DNA of 39,145 nt from Octopus bimaculoides (GCF_001194135.2 NC_068986.1:77352729-77391873); one strand, 5' to 3'; shown: positions 21,553-34,004, counted from the stretch's first letter. Notes: generated by a model not told the origin, from the letters alone. Program-made: numbers and translations.

Positions 21553-21996
21553 CGTGAAAAAGTGCCACTCCCTAACAGTTGAGGGAACCTGTGGAAGAGG
21601 TAGGCCCAGAAAGACCTGGGCTGAGGTGGTGAGGCAAGACCTTCGAACATTGGGCCTCACCGAGGCGATGACTACTGACCGAGACCTTTGGAAATGTGCT
21701 GTGCGTGAGAAGACCCGGCAAGCCAAGTGAGATCGTTGCCAGGGCCCCTGGACTGGCTCTTGTGCGGGTGGCACATAAAAGACACCATTTCGAGCGTGGC
21801 CGTTTTCGTGCGGGTGACACGTAAAAGCACCCACTACACTCTCTGAATGGTTGGCGTTAGGAAGAGCATCCAGCTGTAGAAACTCTGCCAAATTAGATTG
21901 GAGCCTGGTGTAGCCATCCGGTTGCACCAGTCCTCAGTCAAATCGTCCAGCCCATGCTAGCATGGAAAGCGGACGTTAAACGATGATGATGATGAT
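21553..21996 (+). mobile_element. Young 5'-truncated RTE copy: ORF C-terminus, 3' UTR and (GAT)n
   Basis: VKKCHSLTVEGTCGRGRPRKTWAEVVRQDLRTLGLTEAMTTDRDLWKCAVREKTRQAK*; ends ggaaagcggacgttaaacgatgatgat. Confidence 0.92.
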
Positions 21997-22275
21997 ATTC
22001 TCCTCTCAGATTCACACACTTATTGCAGTGGTCTTTCAGTTTTTCTTAAAGCCTTAAAGCCAGGAACTTTTCAGCACTCCTTTGTAAATATTTTCTTTCT
22101 TACATCCATGATAAATTTCTCAAAGCATTTTCTTCTTTTTGCTTTTAATATAAATTTACTCATGAGAAACCTCTTAAACATTTCAATATATGTAGGTAGT
22201 ATCCCAGCATGGTTACAACTTCTGGTTGAAAGAAGTAAAAGGAAAAAAAGGATACATGGATAATAATTCACTTGC

Positions 22276-22453
22276 CTTGCAATAAACAGCAGAAGTAATA
22301 GTGGTTCTTAGCTCCATGCCAACTATGAGGCAGTTGTGGAAGTATTGATGCAAAACTATTGATTGTAAGGTTGCAGAAATTAATAAGAGCGATGCATATA
22401 AAAATCCTTGCCACATGAATACACTTTTCTCAGTGATGAATTGAATCAACAAT
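22276..22453 (-). CDS. ABCC1: ABCC exon F (178 nt, 2-0): LLIQFITEKSVFMWQGFLYASLLLISATLQSIVLHQYFHNCLIVGMELRTTITSAVYCK; GC donor
   Basis: Acceptor aattttag; the only nearby frame-compatible donor is AAG|gcaagt; LHQYFH motif. Confidence 0.92.
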
Positions 22454-22823
22454 CTAAAATTAGAAGATAAGATAAAACAAAGAAAAATAGGAAAAGAAAA
22501 AATGTACAAGCTGACATGAGTAATATATAATTAGCCCCCCCCCCACGACTATATATATATATATATATATCTACCCAGGTTTGCACCACTCACTCCCTGA
22601 TCTACACTCTTTAATCACGCTTCCTTCACAATATCCTGATCTCTCTTCCTTTACTCAACCATCCCATTTATATTCTGATCACTGTCTCTTGTGAGCATGC
22701 CCGGCACTTTGCCACCATCTCTATCCTACTGTTTCCCATTCTCTTTCTCTTCCTGCATTTCCCTCAGGTTGGGTAACCATGTATTTCCTTTGCTGCAACG
22801 CACCTGTTTCTGTCTTCATTCGT

Positions 22824-22862
<39 letters not shown>

Positions 22863-22996
22863 AGCTGGGTAACCTTGTACCTCCTCTATAGCAAGACACT
22901 TGATTCTGTCTCTCTGCCTCACTATAACCTTTCATCATCTGACACAAGAGTACCTCCTCCAATATCCCCGCCCCTCTCATAAGTGTTTTCTTTTTT

Positions 22997-23311
22997 TTGT
23001 CTTGCAAGTATTTGGTGACCCTGTCAGTGCAGGTGCTACTTAAAAGCACCCAGTCCACATTGTAAAGTGGTTGGTATTTGGAAGTACATCCTAGTGTAAA
23101 AAACCTTGCCAAAACTGACCTCGCCTGTGCTTGCATAATGTAAAAAACACTAAGTCCACTCTGCTGAGTGGTTGGTGTTAGGAAGGGCATCCAGCTGTAA
23201 AAATCCTGCCAAAACAGACACAGAAGTCTGGTGTAGACTTCTGCCTGGCAGGCTCTTGCCAAACCATCCTACCCATGTCAACATGGAAGGTGGATGCTAA
23301 ATAATGATGAT
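22997..23311 (+). mobile_element. Diverged RTE-type 3' tail (partly duplicated internally)
   Basis: Two 'gtggttggt..tt.ggaag' blocks, ending aataatgatgat. Confidence 0.7.
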
Positions 23312-23529
23312 ACCACTAAATAATAATGATACCACTGCATGGTATCTTGGGCAATTGTCTTTTATAAAAGTCTTGGGCCAAACAATACCTTATGAGTGAA
23401 AATTGTTAGACAGAAACTGCACGGAAGCCTGCATTTATATATTTTATATTTATGTATGTATGTATGTATGTATGTATTAGTGTAATCACACACGCATTAA
23501 ATGACATTATTTTATGCATATTGTGTGTG

Positions 23530-23530
<1 letters not shown>

Positions 23531-23600
<70 letters not shown>
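23531..23600. repeat. (CT)n(AT)n compound microsatellite; others at ~1146-1200, 1455-1478, 2986-3017, 22828-22860, 23450-23476
   Basis: Seen directly. Confidence 0.97.
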
Positions 23601-23602
<2 letters not shown>

Positions 23603-23925
23603 TTTTACCTGTTTCATTCATTTGACTGCAGCATGCTGGAGCACTGCCATTAGTTGAGCAAATCAACCCCAGGACTTATTCTTTGTAAGCCTAGTACTTA
23701 TTCTATCGGTCACTTTTGCTGAACCACTATGTTACGGGGATGTAAATACACCAGTATCGGTTGTCAAGCAATGTTGGGGGGACAAACACAGACACACACG
23801 CATATATATATACACACACGCATATATATATACACACACACACACAAGCTTCTTTCAGTTTCCATGTATCAAATCTATTTGCAAGGCTATGGTAGGAGAC
23901 ACTGGCCCAAGGCACCACACAGTCA
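23601..23925 (-). mobile_element. SINE-B copy
   Basis: Well-conserved 3' half and internal microsatellite. Confidence 0.85.
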
Positions 23926-23933
23926 AGGGGACT

Positions 23934-24163
23934 TTGTCTTGCAAGTAGCTTGGTGACCCTGCTGGTATTGGTGCCACATAAAAAGTACCTGGTATACTCT
24001 GTAAAGTAGTTGGCATTAGGAAGGGTATTTAGCCACAGAAACTGTACCAAAATAGACAACAAAGCTTGGCACAGTCCTCTGGCTTGCCAGCTCATCAAAC
24101 TGTCCAACCCATGTCAGTATGGAAAACAAACATTAAATAATGATTATGATGATGATGATGATA
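23934..24163 (+). mobile_element. RTE-type 3' tail copy
   Basis: gttggcattaggaagggt...gatgatgatgat. Confidence 0.8.
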
Positions 24164-24820
24164 ACTTGGGAATAATGTTGGGAAAACAAAGTTAAGGATA
24201 CAGAGTTCAGTTCATTATAAACATTATCAAGCTAATGTGGAATATTATCAGAGACTAGTTATGTTGGTGTTGAATTACACTTGAAATCATAAAATTACCA
24301 TGTAGTGCAAAGTCCTAGAAATTAGGTGATTGATTGCACTTTGATCATAAAGTGAAATTCTGCCCACATACCACAGAAGATTCAACAAAATATAGGATTG
24401 ACAGATATATAAACATGAGTGAGAAAGGTTTACATAGAAATATTAAATTGATCACAGCTTTCTACGCACATCCATCAACCACATGTTTAACTGACAATAT
24501 ATTGTTGTAAAAGTCTAAACGTCACCATAGAATCAAGTGATTTTTAAGGTTATAAATGCATTCAATTATTGTTATATTTCTTTGTTTGCAGAAACATAAA
24601 TATGGAGAAATAGCTGAATAGGTATAGCTGTTGTGGCACTTATTTTTCATACAAGCTAAGTAAGATAGCAATTTTTGAGCTTATAGTTCTGTGGTTCAAA
24701 TCTTGTGCAGGTCAACTGAACCTTATATTCATCCTGTATTGATAAAATAAACACTTGATCAATCAAAAGAAATGGTTTTGATTTGAATACATATTTGATA
24801 TAGTATTTTGGTAGTTTGCA

Positions 24821-25203
24821 GTTATCTTTTATCTTTCACTTTTTTCAGTCACTGGACTGTGGCCAATTGGGGCACTGCCTTGAAGAGTTTAGTTGAACAA
24901 ATCAACTCCAGTATTTATTTTTTAAGCCTGACAATTATTCTGTTGGTTTCTTTTCCTAAACTGCTAAGTTATGGGGATGTAAACAAACTAACACCAGTTG
25001 CCAAACAGTGGTGGGAGATAAATATAACACAAACAGACAGACACACACACACAAATATATATATATATATATGACAGAGTAGGTTTCTTTCAGTTTCTAT
25101 CTACCAAATCCACTCACAAGGCTTTGGTCAGCCTGGGGCTATAGTTGAAGACACTTGCCCAGTGGGACTGGAACCCAACAAGCTTCTCAACTACACAGCT
25201 ATA
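24821..25203 (-). mobile_element. SINE-B copy
   Basis: Family match. Confidence 0.82.
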
Positions 25204-25350
25204 ACTGTGCTTGGTAACTATAAATTATGCAATTATTCTGGAAAAAAAATCCCAATCCCAGTGCATTACAAATTTAAGAGAAGAATTAAAAATTTACATA
25301 AAATTGAAATATATCTGGAAAAGGCAACATGCACACATATACATACTTAC

Positions 25351-25527
25351 TTCAAGAGCATGGGACTGACAAATAGCAATACGTCATGAATCAACTTGAA
25401 AAATACAGCTAAAAGTACTTTATCCCCAAATGCTCTTAATAAGCATTTTACAAGGCTGGGTTTTTTCCCACCAATAACCTTGATGTCATCTGTGTTCTTC
25501 TTTAAAAGGTGCTCCTCATTATGAATC
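25351..25527 (-). CDS. ABCC1: ABCC exon E (177 nt, 2-2): IHNEEHLLKKNTDDIKVIGGKKPSLVKCLLRAFGDKVLLAVFFKLIHDVLLFVSPMLL(K)
   Basis: Acceptor atttccag, donor gtaagt; PSL...L...FG and FK.IHD...F..P..L motifs at the start of TMD1. Confidence 0.94.
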
Positions 25528-26761
25528 CTGGAAATATGAAAATCAGAAGCAAAAAATCAACAACTTATTTAAATAGAAATTACTCAAAATAAACAGATAA
25601 ATGGTTTAACATCTCCATACTTCCAAATTATAATCCATTCATTGATGCTATTGTCCTAATAAGTAGTATATCACTAACTTAAGTCAGTAATAAAAGATTA
25701 TATGTAATATCTTAAAGGAGAACTTCACTTGATAATGCATACATATTTATGTTGTTTATATTACAAACCAAATATTTTATATGATGGTAAGTCAAAAATT
25801 ATATGCACTCTTGTTTCTGTAATTGATTGAAACAAATCCAGTGGTTACAATTACATGCATAAAACCTTAAAATGTATTTGGTATGAGAAACTCCTAGCTA
25901 AGCTGCCTGTCCATATTCTATGTCTCATAGCTTGGATCAGGAATTTCTTGTAAGATTGAACTATTGTAGCATTTGCCAACAGAGCACCCTCTAACTCCTA
26001 TTCTATTAACTCAGGATGTATCCTTAAGATTCAATAATGTTTTCCACACTTCTTTCTGTACATTAAAGCCCTACTTGAGACGCTATGTTTCACTCATCAT
26101 TAACCTTCTGCACACAGCTGTCATCCATACAAACTAAACACCTCCTGACAGACATATCCAAGAATCTTCCCATAGAGGATATAACTTTGTATATTTGAAC
26201 AGCACAAAACCTCAATCACAACACATAAGCTGATGCTATACATATGCAAGTTAAAATTTGAGTTTGATGCAGCCCTACAGCTCATTAGTTCCCTGTCAAA
26301 CCATCCTACCATGTCAGCATGAGAAACATATATCAAATGATGATGATGAAACTAATATCACTGAACACATTTGAGAGAAGGCCATTTAACTGCTTAGCAA
26401 ATCCCACCCGCCTCCCAACACAATACAAGGAAAAGAAATAGCTTACAGAAGTGTTATTTGTTCTCTTTGCCTCTTGTATTGCTACTAGAATGTGACAAGT
26501 TGGTAGAATCATTGGAGTATCAAATAAAATATTTGTTCCTGCCCTCTCCATTCTGAATTAAAACTACCAGTCCAGTCCAGATGTTGATTCTTCTCCATCT
26601 CTCTCTCACTGAAAGAAATCAGCTGTGGTCAGACATGGAGAGAGATGGGTTCCAGCAAGTTTAAAAACATCCAAAGTAAAACATTATCACTACACTGGTC
26701 TCTGTTTCTCTGGCTAGCTGCATACACTCACCATATCTTTCATATCCTTTATACTATTCTG

Positions 26762-26873
26762 TCATCATCATCATCATCATCGTTTAACGTCCGCTTTCCA
26801 TGCTAACATGGGTTGGACGATTTGACTGAGGACTGGTGCAACCGGATGGCTACACCAGGCTCCAATCTAATTT
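26762..26873 (-). mobile_element. Young short RTE 3' tail
   Basis: Reverse complement of 21890-21996 with 2 mismatches. Confidence 0.92.
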
Positions 26874-27471
26874 AATGTCATCTTAATATTATAAAGTAAA
26901 AGTCAACATTTTATAAAATAAACCTAAATTATTCACATATCTTGCCTAAGCACTTTTCCCAAAACTTGTTACTCAGAACTGTGATCTTTCTGGAATTTCC
27001 TCTGGTACGCTTGCAAAGGCTATGGCATTTGCTCCCAAAACACATAAACACATATATGAATGTGAATTTATTTAAGAAGACTTAGATACAACAAATCTGT
27101 TTCACAAGTTAAACTTTATCTCATTGAAAACTCTGTGAAATACATTCTATTTCCAGTTATTTGTACTCTCTCTCTCTCTCTCTCTGAAACTATCATAACA
27201 ATCAGTGTAGTCCTAAAATCAGAGTATACTACTCTGTACAAGGCAAATTTCTTGCCAACCCATGTTTAATTTTAAGCTCTTCAAAATTTGTGCTAACAGT
27301 ACTAATATTACTAAGCTCTGAGACAGATTGTCATGAACTTACATAATACACTGCTCCTTGTAGATCTAAAAGAAAATGAGTACTGAATACTATTACATTG
27401 CAAAGCTAGTGCCAACTGACAACTTTAACCTATGATGCATGATACAAATACCCAAGGAAATAGTCACTTAC

Positions 27472-27603
27472 TTTAGATGCTTTTTTGATTCATTTTGCCA
27501 ATATTTGTTGAAATATACAACAATTTCTTTAGAGGTTAAGTAAGAATTTAATGTCCACAAGTCCTTGAATTCGAGACTTTTACGGTAACCTTTTACCAGT
27601 ATT
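27472..27603 (-). CDS. ABCC1: ABCC exon D (132 nt, 2-2): ILVKGYRKSLEFKDLWTLNSYLTSKEIVVYFNKYWQNESKKHL(K)
   Basis: Acceptor ttttacag, donor gtaagt; GYR..L...DLW.L motif. Confidence 0.94.
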
Positions 27604-28100
27604 CTGTAAAACAAATGATTAGTAAATATTACTTCATAACATAATCTGGTGTTAAAACAATTATATTCAGTTAGTAAGTTCTTCAGTTTGAGACATTAGT
27701 TATTAATTGAGGCACAATGCTCTGAAGTTCCTTTTATCCTTACATACATACATCTTATACTTATTCATGCCTGTGGGGAATAAATTACAGAACTTGGGAA
27801 CTTATTAAAAAAAATCCTTTCTGAATACACTTTATAACTTAATTTCCCATTGAAGTTTACATTGAATATATCATGAAAGACATTCAGTTCATTTATCTTT
27901 AATTGTCACAACCTTACTGTCATTATTGCTCAAGATCCTTTGTGTAATCTACCACTCATTTAGTCCATTTTGTTGTCAGTGGAATTCTTATAAGAGAGCA
28001 TTTTGTGTTCTAAGACACTTTAACACATTAGAACCTCCTCAGCAACAATATAACTCAAGAGTAAGAGATAATTATTGCTACTTAGAAAAAGACTTAAGTA

Positions 28101-28496
28101 AGATGCAGGTGTGGCTGAGTGGTAAGAAATTTGCTTTGCAACCTCATGGATCCGGGTCCAGTCTCACTGCATGGCACCTTGGCCAAGTGACTTCTACTAT
28201 AGCTTTGGGCTGACCAAAGCCTTGTGAGTAGATTCGGTAGATAGAAACTGAAAGAAGCCTGTCATATATGTGTGTGTGTGTGTGTGTGTGTGTTTTCCCC
28301 CAGCCCCACTGCTTGATGACTATTGTTGGCATGTTTATATCCCTGTAACTTAGCAGTTCAGCAAAAGAGGCTGATAGAATAAGTACCAGACTTAAAAATA
28401 AAGTAAGTACTGGGATCAATTAGTTTGACTATAATTCCTCAAAGTGGTGCCCTGGCATGATCACAGTCTAATGGATGAAATAAGATAAAAGATAAG
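28101..28496 (+). mobile_element. Full-length SINE-B copy
   Basis: Head gtggctgagtggtaag, (GT)n core, gataaaagataag tail. Confidence 0.85.
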
Positions 28497-28684
28497 GCTG
28501 TAAGTGGTTCTATGCTCCATGGTAAAAGTGCTTGTGTTTGACAAGGATGAGTAATAGCTGAAGCAGCTGAGAGGATTCCTAACAGAGATTTGAATTGTTA
28601 AAATCTGAAGAGAGAATCTTTAGTATTTATCTTAGAAGTCATTAAATGAGAGTTAGATCTTTGGTATAAGTAAAAAATACTTAC

Positions 28685-28746
28685 GGTGTTACCCACCAGA
28701 AGGAAATATTAGACAAAAAGGATGCTCGTTCCTCTGGACAGACATT
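28685..28746 (-). CDS. ABCC1: ABCC exon C (62 nt, 0-2): NVCPEERASFLSNISFWWVT(P)
   Basis: Acceptor ttcattttag, donor gtaagt; conserved L0/lasso motif CPE..ASFLS.I.FWW. Confidence 0.95.
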
Positions 28747-29065
28747 CTAAAATGAAAATTTGAGGAAAATAAGTATACAAATAGCAAACTAGTTTGTTAA
28801 GAAAATCTATATTAGAGACGGAAGCAGTAGTTATACTGAGAAGTAATGTTTATTGCCATTTAAAAGCGGGTGTTCTTAAGAACAGAGAATACTGCAATTT
28901 TAATCCCAGGAGGACATACATTTGCCTCTCTCCTTCTGATACCACAAGCTAAGAGAAATACTATGAAATTAAACCATTACATTTGCCGAGAATGGCTGGA
29001 AAGTTAATTATAGTATGTATTGTAAAAGACAGAATACAGTACAAATTTAAATTCCTTTTTTCCTA

Positions 29066-29318
29066 TGTGCAGGTGGCACATAAAAAACACCATTTGAGCG
29101 TGGCCATTGCCAGTACTGCCAGACTGGCCCTCGTGCCAGTGGCACATAAAAAGCACCCACTACACTCTCGGAGTGGTTGGCGTTAGGAAGGGCATCCAGC
29201 TGTAGAAACTCTGCCAAATCAGATTGGAGTCTGGTGTAGCCATCCGCTTCACCAGTCCCCAGTCAAATCATCCAACCCATGCTAGCATGGAAAGCGGACG
29301 TTAAATGATGATGATGAT
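29066..29318 (+). mobile_element. RTE 3' tail copy
   Basis: Tail family match, (GAT)n end. Confidence 0.88.
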
Positions 29319-29419
29319 ATTGTGTATAACTGACACAAGCATCTTCCTGGTGTACAGTTGTCATTGCTAAATAATGTTTGAGGGCATTGTTGGAAAAAAA
29401 TTCAGAAATCTAAAAATCT

Positions 29420-29584
29420 AATAATAATAATAATAATACTTTCTACAATAGGCACAAGGCCTTATTGACTTAGAAAGGATGAAAGTCAAAGTTGAGCTCG
29501 GCGGAATTTGAACTCAGAACATAAGGACGGATGAAATGCCACTGAGCACTTTGTCCAGTGTGCTAACAATTCTGCCAGCTTGCC

Positions 29585-29617
<33 letters not shown>

Positions 29618-30334
29618 AATCCTTTCTACTATAGGCACAAGGCCTGGATTTTTGTGGGGAGGGGAACAGTCGATTACATTGACCTCAGTACTCAACTGGT
29701 ACTTAATTTATTGACCCCGAAAGGATGAAAGGCAAAGTTGACCTTGGTGGAATTTGAACTCAAAACGTTGCAGCAGACGAAATTACGCAAAGCATTTCAC
29801 CTGGCGAGCTAACGATTCTGCCAGCTCGCCACCTTGAATAATAATAATAATAATAATCCTTTCTACTATAGGCACAAGGCCTGAAATTTTTGTGGAAGGA
29901 GACAAGCCGATTACATCAACCCCGGTGTTTCACTGATACTTATTCTACTGACCCCAAAAGGATGAAAGGCAAAGTCAACCATGGCAGAATTTGAACTCAG
30001 AATGTAAAGATGGATGAAATACTAATAAGCATTTCACCTGGCATGCTAACAATTCTGCCAGTTTGCTGCTTTAATAATAATAATAATAATAATCCTTTAT
30101 ACTAAAGGCACAAGGCTAGAAATTTTGGGGGAGGAGACTAGTTGACTGCATTGACTCCATTACTCAACTGGTACTTAATTTATTGACCCGAAAAGGATGA
30201 AAGGCAGTCGACCTCCACAGAACTTGAACTCACAATGTGAAGACGGACAAAATACCTCAAAGCATTCTGCCTTACATGCTAACAATTCTGCCAGCTTGCC
30301 ACCTTAGTAGATGTAGTAGTAGTAGTAGTAGTAG

Positions 30335-30370
<36 letters not shown>

Positions 30371-30584
30371 GTTTCAAATTTTGGCACAAGGCCATCAAGT
30401 TCGGTGAGTGGGGCTAAGTCAATTACAGTGATCCCAGTGCTCAACTGGTACTTATTTAATCAAACCGGAAAGGATGAAAGGAAAAGTTGGCTTCAACAGA
30501 ATTTGAACTCAGAACATAGCGATGGGCAAAATACCACTAAGCATTTCATCCACCATGCTAGCAATTCTGCCAGCTCACTGCCTT
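29420..30584 (-). mobile_element. Five head-to-tail copies of tRNA-headed SINE family C separated only by (TTA)n/(TTG)n/(CTA)n tails
   Basis: Units 29420-29584, 29585-29836, 29837-30072, 30073-30305, 30306-30584; each has A-box-like tggcagaat.gttag and B box gagttcaa.ttc. Confidence 0.9.
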
Positions 30585-31052
30585 TAGCAGAATCCAGTTG
30601 ATAGCTAATGATATGAATGTTTTTCAGCCAAAACTGCTGTCAGTAGAATTAATAAAATTGAAGAGCTAAACAAAAAAAACAAAAAAAAAACAAAAAAAAA
30701 AAAAGAGAGAGAGAAGAAGAAGCAGTTTATGGAATATATATTTCAATAGGTTTTTAACAAGAATGAAGTATAAGTTATATAACAGCATTTATATATAGGT
30801 GGAAGTCAAGTCACTGAACCCAATAAGGCTCCAGTCTAACTATGCTATAAGAACAGTAAAATAGAGATGCACTACTGGATTTCTAGTAACTGATAATCCA
30901 GAATGTCTTTTAATCTGCATGTAATTGTGAAGGCACTGAAATATCCTGTGACTATTATTAATAATTTTTTGCTACCAAGCCTTCACAGTATACATTTGTT
31001 TATTTACTAGTAACATGTCATGAAGGCAAAAACATTCTCCTTACACCTAACT

Positions 31053-31692
31053 ATAATAATAAAGTTTAAAATTTTGGCACAAAGCCAGTAGCTTTGAAGG
31101 AGCAGTTTACTTGACTGGTAATTTATTTTATCAACCCTGAAAGGATGAAAGACAAAGTTAGCCCAGCAGAACTTGAGCTGAGTGGGGAAAAAGTGCTACT
31201 AAACAATTGGTCTGATATGCTTACAATTCTGCGAGCTTGCTGCCATAACTGGTTTCAAATTTTGACACAAGGCCAGTAATTTTAATGGGGAGGGGTTTAG
31301 TTGATTACACTGATCCCAGTACTTGACTTGTACTTATTTTATTGACCTCCCAGCCTCCAAAAAAATGAAAGGTAAGTTGGCCTTGGTTCTGAACTCAGAA
31401 CATAAAGAAATGGAAGAAATGCTGCTAAGTATTTCATTTGACATTAATGATTTTGCCAGCTTGTTGTCTACCCCAAACATAAGCTTTTCTATTATAAGCG
31501 CAAAGCCTGAAATTTTGGAGAAGGAGGTTTATCGATTGCATCAACCCCAGTGCCCAACTGGTGCTTATCAGCACTGAAAGGATGAAAGGCTAAGTCAACC
31601 TTTATGGAATTGAACCTCAGAACTTAAAGATAGATGAAATGTAGCTAAGCATTTTCTTTAGCAATCTAACAATTCTGCTAGCTAGCTGTCTT
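31053..31692 (-). mobile_element. Three more diverged SINE-C copies in tandem
   Basis: Units ~31053-31244, 31245-31469, 31478-31692. Confidence 0.8.
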
Positions 31693-32318
31693 AAGTCCCC
31701 TGACTATAATAATATGAAATGTCTAAATGTAAATGTCTAAAACTAATACCATTTAAAGACCTCTTTGCTAAGAGCAAGTTAATAGATAACTTCACAGTAG
31801 AGAATACATGATAACAGCATGAAAAAGCTAAAGGTAAATAAATGTCCTTCAGCTTTGTTTCTAGATATGGTCTGTTGGGAGTCCAATAATTAGGGGTTTA
31901 ACAAATATTTGTACCTTCATACTATTAAGGTTAAAGGGTTAAAAGATGTTTCCAATTTTATAACATGGTTCAAGTGAATAAATAAAGGTGTGCTGTAAAT
32001 GTTTAGCAAAATAGCCATTAATAACATGGTAGCAGTCTTCTTGGAATTTACTCAGAATCACAAATAATGTAACCTCTTTTAATGTAGTAATCTTGAACCA
32101 AAGATGACAGAAAATTAGTGATGTACCAGTATTAGCATTAGTAATAACAATTTAGGAACTCATGCATCCTATGCAAAAGAATATGCAGTGCAATATCTGT
32201 ACATACTGCCATGCAGTACATACATATATTGTATGTAGTATCATGCACAAAGTCATGTAAAAGTGGTTAAAATTCAGAATCTTCATTTTGCAACATTTAA
32301 AATTTGAATAATACTCAC

Positions 32319-32438
32319 AGAAGGTACAAATTCTGGAGTTTTTCCTTCATCCAAGAAGCAAGAAAATAAAAATTCTATCACTATGAATGCATAGGTAATA
32401 TAGAAGATAATATTGTTGAACACATTCTCAGCTTTATC
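32319..32438 (-). CDS. ABCC1: ABCC exon B (120 nt, 0-0): DKAENVFNNIIFYITYAFIVIEFLFSCFLDEGKTPEFVPS
   Basis: Acceptor tatttcag, donor gtgagt; resembles the last TMD0 helix of MRP1 ('FY.Y......LSCF.D'); absent from ORF track. Confidence 0.88.
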
Positions 32439-32530
32439 CTGAAATACATAAAGACAGATTCAATATAACAGATTTTTAAGCATTCTAATAAAAATCATAT
32501 CAAATTAGAAAAAGACAAGCTGTAATAAAT

Positions 32531-32819
32531 CATCTTTCATTTATTTCAGCTGTTAGACCGTGGCCATGCTGGTGCACTGCCTGGAAGGATTTAATTGAAC
32601 AAATCAACCTCAGTACTGATTTTTTAAAGTCTGGGACTTATTCTATCTGTCTCTTTTCCCAAACTTCTCAGTTATGGGGACATAAACCAACACCAGTTGT
32701 CAAGCAATGGTTAAGGGACAAACTCAATAACACACTCACACACACACAACAGACTTCTACAGTTTCTGTCAACCAAATTCACTCACAAGGCATTAGTCAG
32801 TCTGGAGTTATGGTAGAAG
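32531..32819 (-). mobile_element. SINE-B copy lacking head
   Basis: Family match. Confidence 0.78.
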
Positions 32820-34004
32820 TGTAGCATAGACTATATATGCACACATTCGAACATAGCAAGTAATAGCTAGCCTTTGGCTGCTGTTTTTATCCTGTTGTGC
32901 CCTCTACTCCGGCTGGTTGGTATTAGTGCAATTTGTCTCCTACTCTGTAGTGCCAACTACTGCGGATAGCCAGTCAAAGACTTTAGATAGCATCATGTGA
33001 ACAACCTTTTCCAAACCATTTTTGAGCCTGCTGCTCCCTATAAAAAACCCAGCTTTTTCCTCATTATGTCTTTGGTTTCAGACCTTTTACGGTCTAGCCA
33101 CTGACCACACAAGACACAGCCAGTTCCAGTGACAACACCACAGCAGCCACATTGAGACTCACCAGCTTTGTCCAACAGCATTTGGCGACCTCCATCTCCA
33201 TCACCACCATCGTCTTAACATCAACATCTCTATGTACACAACTCAACAAGCAACTCACCCAGGTTCCAACATTTCACTGTTCGTGAATTAGTTCACCATG
33301 GATCAACAGTGAATATACAACCTGTGAGAACTCCTGTACCAAGTGACCCTGGAAGCAGCATCACAGCCACAACTTCACGTACTACATGTACTGCAACCGA
33401 CTCAGCATCATGGCTGCAACTTCTTGAAACAGTATTTCAACTACCGTGTACAATTGACTACGAACTGTTATTCTCATTCTTGTCTCTATGAACATTCTTC
33501 TAACTTCTCATTATAGATGCTTTCACTGTTTTCTTCTTCATTCCTATTCTTATATGTACTTAACACACATGCATACATCCATGCCTATACACACATACAC
33601 ACGTTAACATATCAATAAATCTTCTCTTAAACCTTCTACTCGGTTGTGTGTCTTTTTTCCCCTCTGGCACATATATGTACAATCCAATTCCTCTTTATTG
33701 TATCGGCCGTGTGATGTGGTACTAAAGAGCCATTCTCATCACCTCCCATTGCATGGTCCTTACAGAAGACACTTGTGGTGGGATTGAACCTGACACCACA
33801 TAGTTGCAGAGTGAAGTTCTTAATTACACAGACATGCCTGTGCCTATGAGAAAAAGCAGTGCTCATGACTCTTCCTGGGTCTCTGAGACATATGGGAGAG
33901 AGAAGGAAGTTTTCCTTAGACTGGAAATCTGGTTTGAATATTTGTGATAGTTGACTCAAAAGTACTCAAAGACCAAATGGGTTAATTCCATTTCTGAAGA
34001 AGAA

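Noticed and set aside
22267-22273. Canonical GT donor (gcaa|gtgaat) for exon F
   Set aside because: It leaves phase 1 and frameshifts the conserved SLTLSNSARK exon, unless an unseen exon lies in a gap.
29420-30584. CRISPR-like or satellite array
   Set aside because: Units are ~230-nt diverged SINEs also dispersed elsewhere in the window, the separators are microsatellite tails rather than unique spacers, the context is eukaryotic and there are no cas genes.
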